A stretch of 64,000 nt of DNA from positions 1 through 64,000 of IMG/VR virus record IMGVR_UViG_3300042540_001200, one strand, 5' to 3'. Under the pieces are notes generated by a model. The model did no database searches. It had not been told where the DNA came from and saw only the letters and a list, made by a program, of their open reading frames with translations. This DNA comes from an uncultured virus (IMG/VR IMGVR_UViG_3300042540_001200) (lineage: Duplodnaviria > Heunggongvirae > Uroviricota > Caudoviricetes). This document shows, piece after piece, positions 46,941 to 56,924 of this stretch. The position numbers were made by a program, and so were the translations under genes. How positions within the stretch are numbered: position 1 is the stretch's first letter; each line of letters opens with the position of its first letter.

Positions 46941-47441
46941 CTATGCTTTTCCTGCAATTTTTTCTTGGCTACGTCCATATGCAGTTAAACCTAATACAGC
47001 ACCCATAGCAATATGGTATAAACCTGCACCTTGTAAGGTAATTGGCATCCATTGACTATTAACTTGTCCATGGCTTAATGCTTGTAATACACTCCATAAC
47101 ACAGGAAATGCTACAAAATCAGCAAAACATGTGAGCATGTAAATAACACTCATCATGGGTCGCCAACGTTTATTAATCCAATCACCAAACTTATCATCGG
47201 TTTTGATCAATACGTCAGCAGGTCCGCTTTGCATTGCGCCGCCTGGGTTTTTAAGGATTTCTGCTTGATTTGCCTGTGGTGGTGCGCCCCATTGCATTGC
47301 TGCTTTTAAATCATGTGGATCATGCCATCCATCTGTCTTTATTTTAGGATCTTTAACTAAACGTTCATGTGCTTCATCATTCAGTGCAAAACCTCGCTCA
47401 TCATCTGATCGCTGTGCTAATGTTATTGTTGTTATAGCCAT
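46941..47441 (-). CDS. putative holin (3TM/GTA holin-like)
   Basis: WRPMM motif, hydrophobic helices, GRSQEK tail. Confidence 0.6.
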   Translation of the reverse strand: MAITTITLAQRSDDERGFALNDEAHERLVKDPKIKTDGWHDPHDLKAAMQWGAPPQANQAEILKNPGGAMQSGPADVLIKTDDKFGDWINKRWRPMMSVIYMLTCFADFVAFPVLWSVLQALSHGQVNSQWMPITLQGAGLYHIAMGAVLGLTAYGRSQEKIAGKA

Positions 47442-47450
47442 AAGCTTTCC

Positions 47451-47993
47451 TTAAATTATACCTGCTTGACGTTGCATTTGTACAATATCAGCATCTTGTG
47501 TTTTATTTGTATTAGTTTCTAATCCTGCAATTGATCGCCACTCATTTAATTCATCTTGATGCTCTTGTTTATATTCATTTGGTTTTAGTGCTAAATTATT
47601 TTCTAAAAATTCTTTTGATGCATCACCTGATTCGCCATTTAGCTTAATTGTCCACTGATCTAAAGTTAAACCTGTTAAAGTTTGTAAATCACTTAACAAT
47701 TCTATAATATGTTTTGGTGCAAGTTTATTTCGCTCTAATTCAACAAAAACAATGTACTTACCTTGAGATACTTCACTTGGGCTACGATCAGCATCTAAAA
47801 CCCAATTGTATCCACGTTCAAACCATTCAACCAAATCATCTCCTGCATACTCATCTTTTACCGTAAAGTTTAAAGTAATAACATCACTATCTTCGCCTAC
47901 AGTGGACTTGTATTGATCCACCCCTAACAATGGCAACATTAAATGTTCCATATCAAGATAACTCAAACTTTCATTGATTTTTTCTTTTGTCAT
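47451..47993 (-). CDS. hypothetical protein
   Basis: 180 aa coupled ORF. Confidence 0.75.
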   Translation of the reverse strand: MTKEKINESLSYLDMEHLMLPLLGVDQYKSTVGEDSDVITLNFTVKDEYAGDDLVEWFERGYNWVLDADRSPSEVSQGKYIVFVELERNKLAPKHIIELLSDLQTLTGLTLDQWTIKLNGESGDASKEFLENNLALKPNEYKQEHQDELNEWRSIAGLETNTNKTQDADIVQMQRQAGII

Positions 47994-48610
47994 AGTGCAG
48001 GTTGTCCACTAGGTGGAGGTGGAGGCGGTGGTGGGGCTAAGCCACCGCCCCCAAATGGTGTAGGTTCTGCCATAGCATTATCACCATTGGTTTTTAATTC
48101 TTTTTTATCATAATCTTTTTGATATGCATCTTCTAAATCTTCAAGGTCAATAGCTTGTTCAGCGATATCTACACTACCTTCACGTATATCATTCATTAAT
48201 GATTTTGGTATAGTAATATTCACTAACCATACTGATTTTTTAGTTTTCTTAGGGTAATGAGTGCCTGGTTTGTAGTCCATAGGCTCTTTAATTTCAACAG
48301 GTACTTCAACAGTTGTTTTTTTAAATTTAACCTTACATCCTAGGGTAATCAAACGTTTGCCACCACGTGGATCAGGCATTAACGAGTTAGGCCACATGAA
48401 GGTGCATGAAACAAGATATTTGCTTATAACAGGACCATCAACCAATTCACCCATTTTCCAATTCTTGTATGCATACACATCTGCTTCATCTACTACACGT
48501 TCAAAATCTAAAAGTGTAGCCATAGTACCATCACTTGTCATGATACCTTTTACGTTATTTACAATGTCAACCCACTCTAGTGAATCTAAGAATGTATCTT
48601 TCTTAGGCAT
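47990..48610 (-). CDS. hypothetical protein
   Basis: Start MPKKDTF after AGAGGA and GATAAATA (48631-48638); MPDPRGG motif, Pro-rich tail. Confidence 0.75.
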   Translation of the reverse strand: MPKKDTFLDSLEWVDIVNNVKGIMTSDGTMATLLDFERVVDEADVYAYKNWKMGELVDGPVISKYLVSCTFMWPNSLMPDPRGGKRLITLGCKVKFKKTTVEVPVEIKEPMDYKPGTHYPKKTKKSVWLVNITIPKSLMNDIREGSVDIAEQAIDLEDLEDAYQKDYDKKELKTNGDNAMAEPTPFGGGGLAPPPPPPPPSGQPAL

Positions 48611-48787
48611 AATCCTCTTCCATGTAATTATATTTATCTTTAATATCGTTAAGTGAGTTAAACAAAATTTACAACACAGTTTATTATTTATATTATTCAT
48701 GTGCAAAAAACACACCTAGTAATATAAATTATAATCTATTTAAATACAGTTGAGCGCAATGCTCGATACACATAAGGAGTGATAACT

Positions 48788-49564
48788 TTGAGTCGTAGAA
48801 AAAACTCGGCAATCCGAAAAGAGCAAGAAAAATATACTAAACAAATGACTAAAAACGATACACAGACACACTACAGAAAACATGAAAATACGATAGAATT
48901 TAATCCACAACGACAAAGACGTGCAATAAATCTCATACCAAAGAGCATTAATCAAGAAAATTATATACTAGCACTTTGTGATGATAGTATCAACGTTGTA
49001 GTTGGTGCAGGTCCTGCAGGTACAGGAAAAACTTATCTTGCCACACTTGCTGCTATACAAGCATTACGCAGTAAACAATGTGAACGAATAATTTTAACAC
49101 GCCCTGCGATTACAGTGGATGATGAAAAACACGGGTTTTTACCTGGCGATCTTAACCAAAAAATGGAACCTTGGACAAGACCATTGCTAGATGTGTTTCG
49201 TGAATTCTATCATGTTAAAGAAATTGAACACATGTTAGCTGAACAAATCATAGAAATATCACCCTTAGCATTTATGCGTGGTAGAACATTTAAAAATGCG
49301 TACGTGATATTAGATGAAGCACAAAATGCCACACCAAGTCAATTTAAAATGTTGTTAACACGTATTGGTGATAATAGCAAAATAGTTTTGGTTGGGGATA
49401 CTGATCAAGCAGATAGAAAACGTTCAGATAATGGGTTATTGGATTTACAACATAGATTAAGTATGTATCCAATTCCAAGCTTAATTGTATGTAAGTTTGA
49501 CGAACGTGATATTCAAAGACACAGTATTATTGAACATGTATTGTTGGCATACAAGACATTATAA
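48788..49564 (+). CDS. phoH: PhoH-family ATPase
   Basis: GPAGTGKT, GFLPG, FMRGRTF, DEAQN, LTRIG, GDTDQ; TTG start after AAGGAG. Confidence 0.95.
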   Translation: MSRRKNSAIRKEQEKYTKQMTKNDTQTHYRKHENTIEFNPQRQRRAINLIPKSINQENYILALCDDSINVVVGAGPAGTGKTYLATLAAIQALRSKQCERIILTRPAITVDDEKHGFLPGDLNQKMEPWTRPLLDVFREFYHVKEIEHMLAEQIIEISPLAFMRGRTFKNAYVILDEAQNATPSQFKMLLTRIGDNSKIVLVGDTDQADRKRSDNGLLDLQHRLSMYPIPSLIVCKFDERDIQRHSIIEHVLLAYKTL

Positions 49565-49594
49565 CTTAAAACCCGCTTAGTCGGGTTTTAAGTT
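49563..49594 (+). terminator. intrinsic terminator
   Basis: 13-bp stem AACTTAAAACCCG/CGGGTTTTAAGTT right after phoH. Confidence 0.85.
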
Positions 49595-49608
49595 TGTACT
49601 TACTTAGT

Positions 49609-49678
49609 GATAAATAAAGATGTGGTTCACGAGCCTCGGAAACTCCAACCACTCTAACGCTATTAAGGAGCAATCAGC
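49609..49678 (+). promoter_or_regulatory. late-like promoter plus structured leader of homing endonuclease
   Basis: GATAAATA, then GTGGTT/AACCAC stem and a weak hairpin over AAGGAG. Confidence 0.5.
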
Positions 49679-50308
49679 ATGGGTATTTATACCATATACA
49701 GAGCACGAAATACAGTGACTAATTTATCCTATATAGGATTCACTTCTAATTCACTAAAACGTCGAAAAATAACTCATAAACACAAAGCATTAATAAAACA
49801 ACAAAAATCTAAATTTTATAATGCTATTCGTGAATACGGATGGGATTCATTTGAATGGATTGAATTATATCAAGCTAAAGAAGATTGTCTCCCAAATAAC
49901 TCACATACCTTATCCGTAATGGAAAATTATTTCATACAAGAACACGATTCAATTAATAATGGTTACAACTCAGTAAATGGAGGAGGTTTATATCCAATTT
50001 TGATTGGTGGTCAAAATCCAATGTTTGGAAAAAAGCACAACGAACAATCAAAAAAATTAATGAAAGAAAATCGTAAAAAAACTTTTGGAAAAAATCATCA
50101 CATGTATGTAGTAAAACGAACAGAAGAATGGTTAAATAAAAACGCAAGGGGTAAAAATCACCCAATGTTTGGGAAACATCATACGAAAGAATCAATACTT
50201 GCTATAAAATCAGCAGTTACAAAATGTGAATATTGTGGTATAGAAACAATTAATGGGAATTACAAACGTTGGCATGGTAATAATTGTAAGTTTAAACCCC
50301 AACAATGA
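49679..50308 (+). mobile_element. free-standing GIY-YIG homing endonuclease with NUMOD3-like repeats
   Basis: TIY...YIG, R...H, E..FI...GYN; two NPMFGKKH-type repeats. Confidence 0.88.
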
Positions 50309-50882
50309 TCTCATAAATTTCTTTCCAATTCTTAACACGTGGCACAAGTGGGTTATCATATCCCATATTGTGTCCGTGTTCCATAAGAAGTGGTTTTAAA
50401 CCAACCTTTAATCCTGCTTGGCAGTTGGCATACTTATCTTCTATCCAAAAATATCCACTGTCTTTATATTTGACAAGTTCATCATCTTTATCTGCTCCTG
50501 TATCAAGGCAGATAATTTCCTCAAATACAGTGTTACCAAATAGCTTTTCAAGGTTCATTTTACGCAATTTTTGTGCGTTTTTATCTAAACTTAACGATGT
50601 GATAGCATGAAAAACAAATCCATGCTCCTCATGTAACTTTTTAACATAATGTATAGCATCACGTAGCGGAGGTAAAAAACCAATGGCTGCTGATTCATTA
50701 AAAATCTTAATTAATCGTTTTCCATCTTCTTTGTCAATACCGTAACGCTTACCAATGTTATATTCAAATTGAGAACCCTCTAGTTTCTTATGTCCGTGTT
50801 CTTGCATCCAACAATCGAAAGCATATTCCCAATTACACAATACACCATCAACATCAACCAAGATCAAATTATTATCTGTCAA
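50292..50882 (-). CDS. HAD-family nucleotidase-like protein
   Basis: DVDGVL, AITS, WIEDK. Confidence 0.85.
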   Translation of the reverse strand: MTDNNLILVDVDGVLCNWEYAFDCWMQEHGHKKLEGSQFEYNIGKRYGIDKEDGKRLIKIFNESAAIGFLPPLRDAIHYVKKLHEEHGFVFHAITSLSLDKNAQKLRKMNLEKLFGNTVFEEIICLDTGADKDDELVKYKDSGYFWIEDKYANCQAGLKVGLKPLLMEHGHNMGYDNPLVPRVKNWKEIYEIIVGV

Positions 50883-50905
50883 GATTATTCCCTCACTAAA
50901 AACTT

Positions 50906-50934
50906 ATTATACCACAAGTTAATCAGTTTGTCAA
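50906..50934 (-). promoter_or_regulatory. sigma70-type promoter
   Basis: Perfect TTGACA-17-TATAAT. Confidence 0.85.
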
Positions 50935-51185
50935 TTCTTTACTGCTGCTGCCGATAACTGTGTGATAAGTTCAGGGTATATTTTTTTGTAGTAATCATTT
51001 AGTAAATCAAAAGTAGTTTCAACCCTTTTACCTTCAATAATACACTTTACCACTTTTTGGTCTTTATAATCAACGATAACATTACAAGTTTCAAGGTCTT
51101 TATCACGTACCTTTTTAGAAAACCCAACTTGTTCGTCAATTTGACCACCTGATTTACGCATATAGGTAATCAATAGGTATCTCAT
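50931..51185 (-). CDS. hypothetical protein
   Basis: MRYLLITY...GQIDE. Confidence 0.75.
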   Translation of the reverse strand: MRYLLITYMRKSGGQIDEQVGFSKKVRDKDLETCNVIVDYKDQKVVKCIIEGKRVETTFDLLNDYYKKIYPELITQLSAAAVKN

Positions 51186-51454
51186 ACTTTTTTCTTCTTT
51201 GTAGCTTTAGCTTTTTTAGTTGGTGCTTCAACCACAGCACCCTCGTACCCAGGATGATACGGAGCTTCTTCAACAAGTTTGGTTCTATGGTGTTCAGCCA
51301 TAGCATCATTTATGTGCGTACGTAATTGTTCCCAATCAATAATAAAATCTACACGACCATCACCATGTATAGTACGGGTAGAATAATGCCCTACAGTAAT
51401 ACTTTCTAGGTCTTTTTGTGGTTCAGTTTTTTTAGTTTTAGCTTTAGTTGCCAT
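51182..51454 (-). CDS. hypothetical protein
   Basis: GGAG SD, basic termini. Confidence 0.75.
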   Translation of the reverse strand: MATKAKTKKTEPQKDLESITVGHYSTRTIHGDGRVDFIIDWEQLRTHINDAMAEHHRTKLVEEAPYHPGYEGAVVEAPTKKAKATKKKKV

Positions 51455-51467
51455 ATTAGTTCTCCAA

Positions 51468-52403
51468 TTATGATGCTGTTAGTTCAATGAGTGTGGCTGA
51501 TAAATTAATTTCAGGTATACCAACAAGCGATAGATTTGCTAAACCATTTCTAATAATAATGATTGCGGTATCTTTTTGACTTTGTGTTTTACCCCATAAA
51601 TCAAGATGGTCATATAACCATTTGTAAATCGATTCAATCCTTGATGGGTTAAAGCTTAAGAATTGTAATAATAGTTTTCTACCTTCAAGTATATTACCAC
51701 TCTTAAATGCTTGTGCTACTTCTAATAAAGCAGCGTCTTGATCACTTTCATCAAGTGTTGATTTTTGTAATTCACCACTTGTGCTATTGGTTTGTAACTG
51801 ATTTAAGCATTTACGTAAATCAGGATATGTTTGGTGAACATAATGTTCAAGAACATCAATAGAAAACTGTATATTTTCAGCCATTAATACAGTAGCAGCA
51901 CGTGCAGTAAACTCAGTATAATCAGGTTTTGATATGTGCATTTTTACGCAACGTGATTCACGTAGCGCAGGAATTACACGGTATTCATAATTACAGGTTA
52001 AAATAAATCGTACAGTTGACGCATAAGTTTCCATATCATTGCGTAAACTTGCTTGTGCATCACGTGTTAGATAATCTGCCTCATCAAGTAGTACAATTTT
52101 AAAAGTGCCAAATGGCATTGTTTCAACAAAACTATGAATTTTTGTACGTACGTTATCTACACTGTTTTCACGTGATGCATTAATTTCAAGTACATCAAAC
52201 TCATTAATGTTAAGTTCATGAATGAGGATTTTAGCAAGCGTTGTTTTACCTGTACCTGGCTCGCCACTGAACAACAAATGTGGGATAATACCCTCAGCAA
52301 TCCATCCTTCTATTTGTGATTGTTGATTAGTATTAACAAAAACATAGTCATTAATTGTTTTAGGACGGTATTTTTCTGTCCATAATTTATCTTGTAGTAT
52401 CAT
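51468..52403 (-). CDS. gp44: clamp loader large subunit (gp44/RFC-like)
   Basis: LWTEKYRP, GEPGTGKT, INAS, LDEAD, SRC motif. Confidence 0.93.
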   Translation of the reverse strand: MILQDKLWTEKYRPKTINDYVFVNTNQQSQIEGWIAEGIIPHLLFSGEPGTGKTTLAKILIHELNINEFDVLEINASRENSVDNVRTKIHSFVETMPFGTFKIVLLDEADYLTRDAQASLRNDMETYASTVRFILTCNYEYRVIPALRESRCVKMHISKPDYTEFTARAATVLMAENIQFSIDVLEHYVHQTYPDLRKCLNQLQTNSTSGELQKSTLDESDQDAALLEVAQAFKSGNILEGRKLLLQFLSFNPSRIESIYKWLYDHLDLWGKTQSQKDTAIIIIRNGLANLSLVGIPEINLSATLIELTAS

Positions 52404-52696
52404 CGTGTAAGCATATTAATTGTGATAATTCTTGCTAAAAAGTCAGATAAATCCTGATTTTCCGTTACAATATGTAATTCATTCATCCATTCGTCAGTTT
52501 TTTTATCGAAATGTCTAACCTCAATAATCATACCACCTGATGCGTAATAAACACAAAAATTTAGACTTTTTCGCCTATCTAAATCAACTTCAGATCTACC
52601 ACTAGAGATTGGCTGTATCGATTCTTTTGATGCTCTAATTTCATGTTTAGTTTTTTCTAATCTTGTGTTAAACCATTTAAAAAAGAAATTTAACAT
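52400..52696 (-). CDS. hypothetical protein
   Basis: 98 aa coupled ORF. Confidence 0.7.
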   Translation of the reverse strand: MLNFFFKWFNTRLEKTKHEIRASKESIQPISSGRSEVDLDRRKSLNFCVYYASGGMIIEVRHFDKKTDEWMNELHIVTENQDLSDFLARIITINMLTR

Positions 52697-52697
52697 A

Positions 52698-53852
52698 TTA
52701 TACCTTTAAAAATTTATTAATATCAAATCCTAATCCATTGATATTTTGTTTCCATGAATAAGGTCCCCATGAACCATAATCAGTAGATAAGTTACCACCT
52801 GTATCATCGATGTTGGCAATAACTTTTTCTTTGAAAAAATTATCTACAGATAAATTTTTTATTGCTTGTTTTCCTTTAAGTTTAGCCATTTTCCAAAACT
52901 CAGTCTTAAAAATTGACCCATGATAATAATGAAAACCTATCATATTTTCAATAGACTGAAGTTCTTTAGTATAGAAAAAATTAATATCAAAAATTCTTGC
53001 ATCAAAAGCTAAGTGGTCAAAAGTTAAACGATTAATAACGTCCATCGTACTAATTGAGGTTGCTTCTAATGGTTCTAAAAAGAATGAAGCATTACCATTA
53101 TAACATACTCTTTCTGTAAAATTTTCTTTACGATAATAATTATTAAAAGAAAAAGAATTAGTCATGTCACTTGGTGTTAGGTTGTAATCCTCAAAAACGC
53201 TTTCAACATCTTTTTTAATTTCATCTAATGAATTTAATTGATTATTATATAAGTATCCTACTGAACATCTATTTTGCAAAGGTATAACAAAAACCCAACC
53301 ATATTTTCTTGCAACTGTTCCCGTATAAAAAAACTTTGGTCTATCCCACAAGCACTGCGTTACGTGTACTGAATTTACAGGAATGCGATCAGACAATGTA
53401 AAATCTTCATAAGTTTGTGGTTTGCCTGTACAATCCATAATATAATCAGCATCAATATCATCATAAGAAATAATATTTGACTGATGTATAGTAAGTTTTT
53501 TATTTTTTTGTGCTTCCCGTAAAATAAATTCTTGTAACTTTAAAGCGTTGAAGTGAAATGAAATGTCAGGGGGTGGGAAAAAATGAGTATACTCTTTTCC
53601 TTTCGACCAATTTTGTTTTTTAATGCCATGCTTATAAGTACCATCGATTTCATTAGCTAGCATGTCGTAATTAAAACGACAAAATTTAAAAAGTAATCGA
53701 GGTAAATTTAAAGTACTACCTTCACCCACTGCTTGTGTTGGTATAGATTCATCAAAATACCAATCTATCTCATAATCTGAATAACTTATAAAATGTGCTA
53801 CTGCTAAAGCACCTGCCGTTCCACGACCAACTATAGCTAATTTTTTACTCAC
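52698..53852 (-). CDS. tryptophan halogenase-like flavoprotein
   Basis: GRGTAG, VGEGST, DCTG, GWVFVIP, FLEPLEATS. Confidence 0.85.
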   Translation of the reverse strand: MSKKLAIVGRGTAGALAVAHFISYSDYEIDWYFDESIPTQAVGEGSTLNLPRLLFKFCRFNYDMLANEIDGTYKHGIKKQNWSKGKEYTHFFPPPDISFHFNALKLQEFILREAQKNKKLTIHQSNIISYDDIDADYIMDCTGKPQTYEDFTLSDRIPVNSVHVTQCLWDRPKFFYTGTVARKYGWVFVIPLQNRCSVGYLYNNQLNSLDEIKKDVESVFEDYNLTPSDMTNSFSFNNYYRKENFTERVCYNGNASFFLEPLEATSISTMDVINRLTFDHLAFDARIFDINFFYTKELQSIENMIGFHYYHGSIFKTEFWKMAKLKGKQAIKNLSVDNFFKEKVIANIDDTGGNLSTDYGSWGPYSWKQNINGLGFDINKFLKV

Positions 53853-55020
53853 TTTGTAAATCCTTTGGATTAATACCCAAATTTATCAAATTTTGCCACC
53901 ATGAATAGGCATCCCATGATCCAAAATTGTTTTTATTTAATGTAATATGTTTTGGTATTTTATTTTCTTCATACTTTATAACATCTTTTAAACATGCTTG
54001 AAACTTAGGGTGATTTTTAAGCATGTTTAAAGATGATTGACCTTTTTCTTTTGCCATTTTCCAAAATTTAGTATTAAACTTAGAACCTTGACTGTAATGC
54101 ATTGAAATCATTAACTCAATTTGAGTAATATTATTAAAATAGTGAAAGTTACATTCATCTAAACTCATATTATCGTACAGATGATCGTAAACCAAACGTG
54201 AACATTGATTAACAAAAACAAAAGAAGTTGCCTCTAAAGGTTCTAAAAAGAATGATGCATTACCATTGTATGCAACTCTTTTAGTAAAATTTTCTTTCTT
54301 AAAATAATTTTGAAATTGAAAAGCATTTGTTTTGTCACTTGGTGTTAATTTTAATTCTTTAAAAACATTGGTAACATCTTTTTTAACTTCATCTAAAGAA
54401 CTTGTTTGTGGGTTATACAAATAACCTACTGAACAACGTTTTTGTAATGGTATACCAAAAACCCATCCATGTTTTCTAGCCATTGTCACCGTATATTCAA
54501 ATTCAGGTTTATCCCAATAACATTGAGTAACATATACTGCGTTTACAGGAATAAATTTACATATGTGAAAATCTTCATAATTTTCAGGTCTACCTGAGCA
54601 ATCAATAATGTAATCAGCATCAATGTCATCATGCGAATTTACATGTTGATCATATATCTTTAATCTAGGATTATCTTTAATTTTATCATGAATAAGTTTT
54701 TGCAAAGCTATTGCATCAAAATGCATTGCTATATGGGGTGGGTAAAACCAATGATTAAAATCATGATTGTGTTTACCCCAATTGTACTTTCTAATAGCGT
54801 ACTTATAATTTCCACCTATATTTTTAAGGTCATTGTAAGTAAAATCAATAGTTTGTCTTAAATTTCCAGGTAATACAAGCGTACTGCCTTCTCCTACAGC
54901 TTGTGTAGGTATATTGGGGTCAAAATACCAATCAATTTCATCATTTGTAAAATTTAAAAAGTGAGCAGCATTTACAGCACCTGCAGTGCCACGCCCAACA
55001 ATCGCAAGCTTTTTTTTCAT
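53845..55020 (-). CDS. tryptophan halogenase-like flavoprotein
   Basis: GRGTAG, VGEGST, DCSG, GWVFGIP, FLEPLEATS. Confidence 0.85.
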   Translation of the reverse strand: MKKKLAIVGRGTAGAVNAAHFLNFTNDEIDWYFDPNIPTQAVGEGSTLVLPGNLRQTIDFTYNDLKNIGGNYKYAIRKYNWGKHNHDFNHWFYPPHIAMHFDAIALQKLIHDKIKDNPRLKIYDQHVNSHDDIDADYIIDCSGRPENYEDFHICKFIPVNAVYVTQCYWDKPEFEYTVTMARKHGWVFGIPLQKRCSVGYLYNPQTSSLDEVKKDVTNVFKELKLTPSDKTNAFQFQNYFKKENFTKRVAYNGNASFFLEPLEATSFVFVNQCSRLVYDHLYDNMSLDECNFHYFNNITQIELMISMHYSQGSKFNTKFWKMAKEKGQSSLNMLKNHPKFQACLKDVIKYEENKIPKHITLNKNNFGSWDAYSWWQNLINLGINPKDLQSE

Positions 55021-55448
55021 TAATCTTCTAATTTTTCAATTTTTAATTCACTATCAGTCCAACATTCAGTTTCAGTTTGAACCCATCCTTCAGACTCCCA
55101 CCCATCGTAAGAATCCTCATCCCATAATTCACTCATTCTTTCTTGCTCTTGTTCATCCATATCATCAGGATATTCAACATCAGCATACCATCCATCATCT
55201 AATGAATATAGTTCAGAATCTTCAATGTTGTTGTCATGACAATTATACATGTCAATACTATCTTCAACTTCATTACCTAATGGGTTACGCACACGGATAA
55301 ATTGTGGTTCTTCATCGTCGCTTGTAGTTACATCCCATGTACCCCAACGATAACCTGTTACACGAATAATAGTTTTTCCATCTTTTACCCAATATTCGTG
55401 TTCTTCTACAGATTTTTTACTTAAAGTAGATACTCGCCAAGTAGCCAT
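55020..55448 (-). CDS. hypothetical acidic protein
   Basis: 142 aa, Asp/Glu/Trp-rich. Confidence 0.75.
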   Translation of the reverse strand: MATWRVSTLSKKSVEEHEYWVKDGKTIIRVTGYRWGTWDVTTSDDEEPQFIRVRNPLGNEVEDSIDMYNCHDNNIEDSELYSLDDGWYADVEYPDDMDEQEQERMSELWDEDSYDGWESEGWVQTETECWTDSELKIEKLED

Positions 55449-55450
55449 AG

Positions 55451-55663
55451 TTACTGACGCTCCAACTCAGTAGCTTCCTTAATTAATACGCATAACTCTT
55501 CAACCGTAGATACCATAATTTTAGCCTGTGTCCAAGTATCAGTAAAATCTTGTCCACCTATTTCTAACATAAACCCGTTATCATACATGTTTATGGTAAA
55601 ACTATCATTGACTGTTTTCATTTTATCTGCAATTTTCTTAACTGCAACTTTTGGCTTAGACAT
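55451..55663 (-). CDS. hypothetical protein
   Basis: YDNGFMLEIGG; SD AAGGA. Confidence 0.75.
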   Translation of the reverse strand: MSKPKVAVKKIADKMKTVNDSFTINMYDNGFMLEIGGQDFTDTWTQAKIMVSTVEELCVLIKEATELERQ

Positions 55664-55672
55664 ATAATATCC

Positions 55673-56038
55673 TTAAATTGTTTTATCGCCCATGGTTTCA
55701 TCCATGACAGGTTCATCGCTTAATGCTAAAATGTCATTATTGTCAACACGACGAACAATGTGTTCACCATGTTCATCTTCAATCCTAATACCACGTGTCC
55801 AACGACCATGTGCTACTAAGACATATTGACCTACTTTAATTTCTTTTTGCTCAGAACCAACCGCATATACTTTACCCCAACGTGGTCTAATACCACTGTT
55901 TTTTCCATCATCACTTACAATGACCAAACCACTTGAGGTTTTTCTTTCTTCAAAATTCATATCTGAAACAATAACTCCATCATGTAGCGGAGTTAGTTTT
56001 TTGATTTTATGTGCCTGAAATAAGTAACTTGATTCCAT
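55673..56038 (-). CDS. groES: co-chaperonin GroES (Cpn10)
   Basis: PLHDGVIV, KTSSGLVI, GKVYAVG, DILA. Confidence 0.88.
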   Translation of the reverse strand: MESSYLFQAHKIKKLTPLHDGVIVSDMNFEERKTSSGLVIVSDDGKNSGIRPRWGKVYAVGSEQKEIKVGQYVLVAHGRWTRGIRIEDEHGEHIVRRVDNNDILALSDEPVMDETMGDKTI

Positions 56039-56046
56039 ATTTTCCT

Positions 56047-56370
56047 TTATTTTTTAAGTTTGGGATCCCAATCATCATCATAACTTGTAAACTCTTTATC
56101 AAGTTCAGATTGTGCAACAACCTGATTAGGTGCTTGCTCAACTGTTGATGTTGGATGTGAAACCCTATTAATTTTCTTACCTGACTGCATAGTTTTATTA
56201 TACATACTACTTACACGTCTAGTAGCATCATTAATAACACGATTATGTGAATCAATAATGTCACCACGTGCATTCACGTTCATATTACCAACTGCACGAG
56301 TACGCTCATTTTTAGCAATCAATGCATTCATATCTAACATTTTTCCTGCTGCTGTTTTACGTTGTACCAT
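56047..56370 (-). CDS. hypothetical protein
   Basis: AVGNMNVNARGD motif; SD AGGAG. Confidence 0.8.
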   Translation of the reverse strand: MVQRKTAAGKMLDMNALIAKNERTRAVGNMNVNARGDIIDSHNRVINDATRRVSSMYNKTMQSGKKINRVSHPTSTVEQAPNQVVAQSELDKEFTSYDDDWDPKLKK

Positions 56371-56379
56371 TTTTTTCTC

Positions 56380-56886
56380 CTAGCGTAAAAATTCAGTATA
56401 ATCTAGGTCATAATACATACTGTCTATTTTATGTACACCTATTTTGTAAAGTACATAACTACTTACACTACTACCACGACCTACACCCCATACTATATTA
56501 TTTAATCGCATAGTATCAACCAAATACTTTAAGTATTGCAACAATGTTAACATATCAAGTTCAGCATATCGTAATAACTCTGCGCCACATCGTTGTAACT
56601 CAGCATCATTATTACACGCTAGTAAAACCCACTCAGCTATATCTAAATCATAATATGCTTGTGGCATATGCCATACTGCTTGTTGCTGCTTATCAAATAT
56701 GGTTACAGTGCTGTTATTTACTGTGTATACTTTAATGCTAGGAATATTTTCTAACTCTAAATTACTATCAAAAGTAATAGGTTTGTCAACTAATACATCC
56801 TTTAATATAGCCTGAGTATTTTGTAAGTATAAGTTACAAATATCTTGCTCATTCAAAATAATTTGACCAAACGAATCTACTTTCAT
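56380..56886 (-). CDS. dnaE: miniature DNA polymerase III alpha-like protein, N-terminal part
   Basis: WGVGRGSSVSSYVLYKIGVHKIDSMYYDLDYTEFLR matches DnaE GPGRGSxAGSLVAYxLGITxxDPxxxxLLFERFL. Confidence 0.85.
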   Translation of the reverse strand: MKVDSFGQIILNEQDICNLYLQNTQAILKDVLVDKPITFDSNLELENIPSIKVYTVNNSTVTIFDKQQQAVWHMPQAYYDLDIAEWVLLACNNDAELQRCGAELLRYAELDMLTLLQYLKYLVDTMRLNNIVWGVGRGSSVSSYVLYKIGVHKIDSMYYDLDYTEFLR

Positions 56887-56924
56887 AGATACACTATACC
56901 ATAGTCAATAATAAAAGATATTAA

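Noticed and set aside
48012..48051. G-rich tract as G-quadruplex or regulatory repeat
   Set aside because: Explained by poly-Pro and poly-Gly codons at a protein C-terminus
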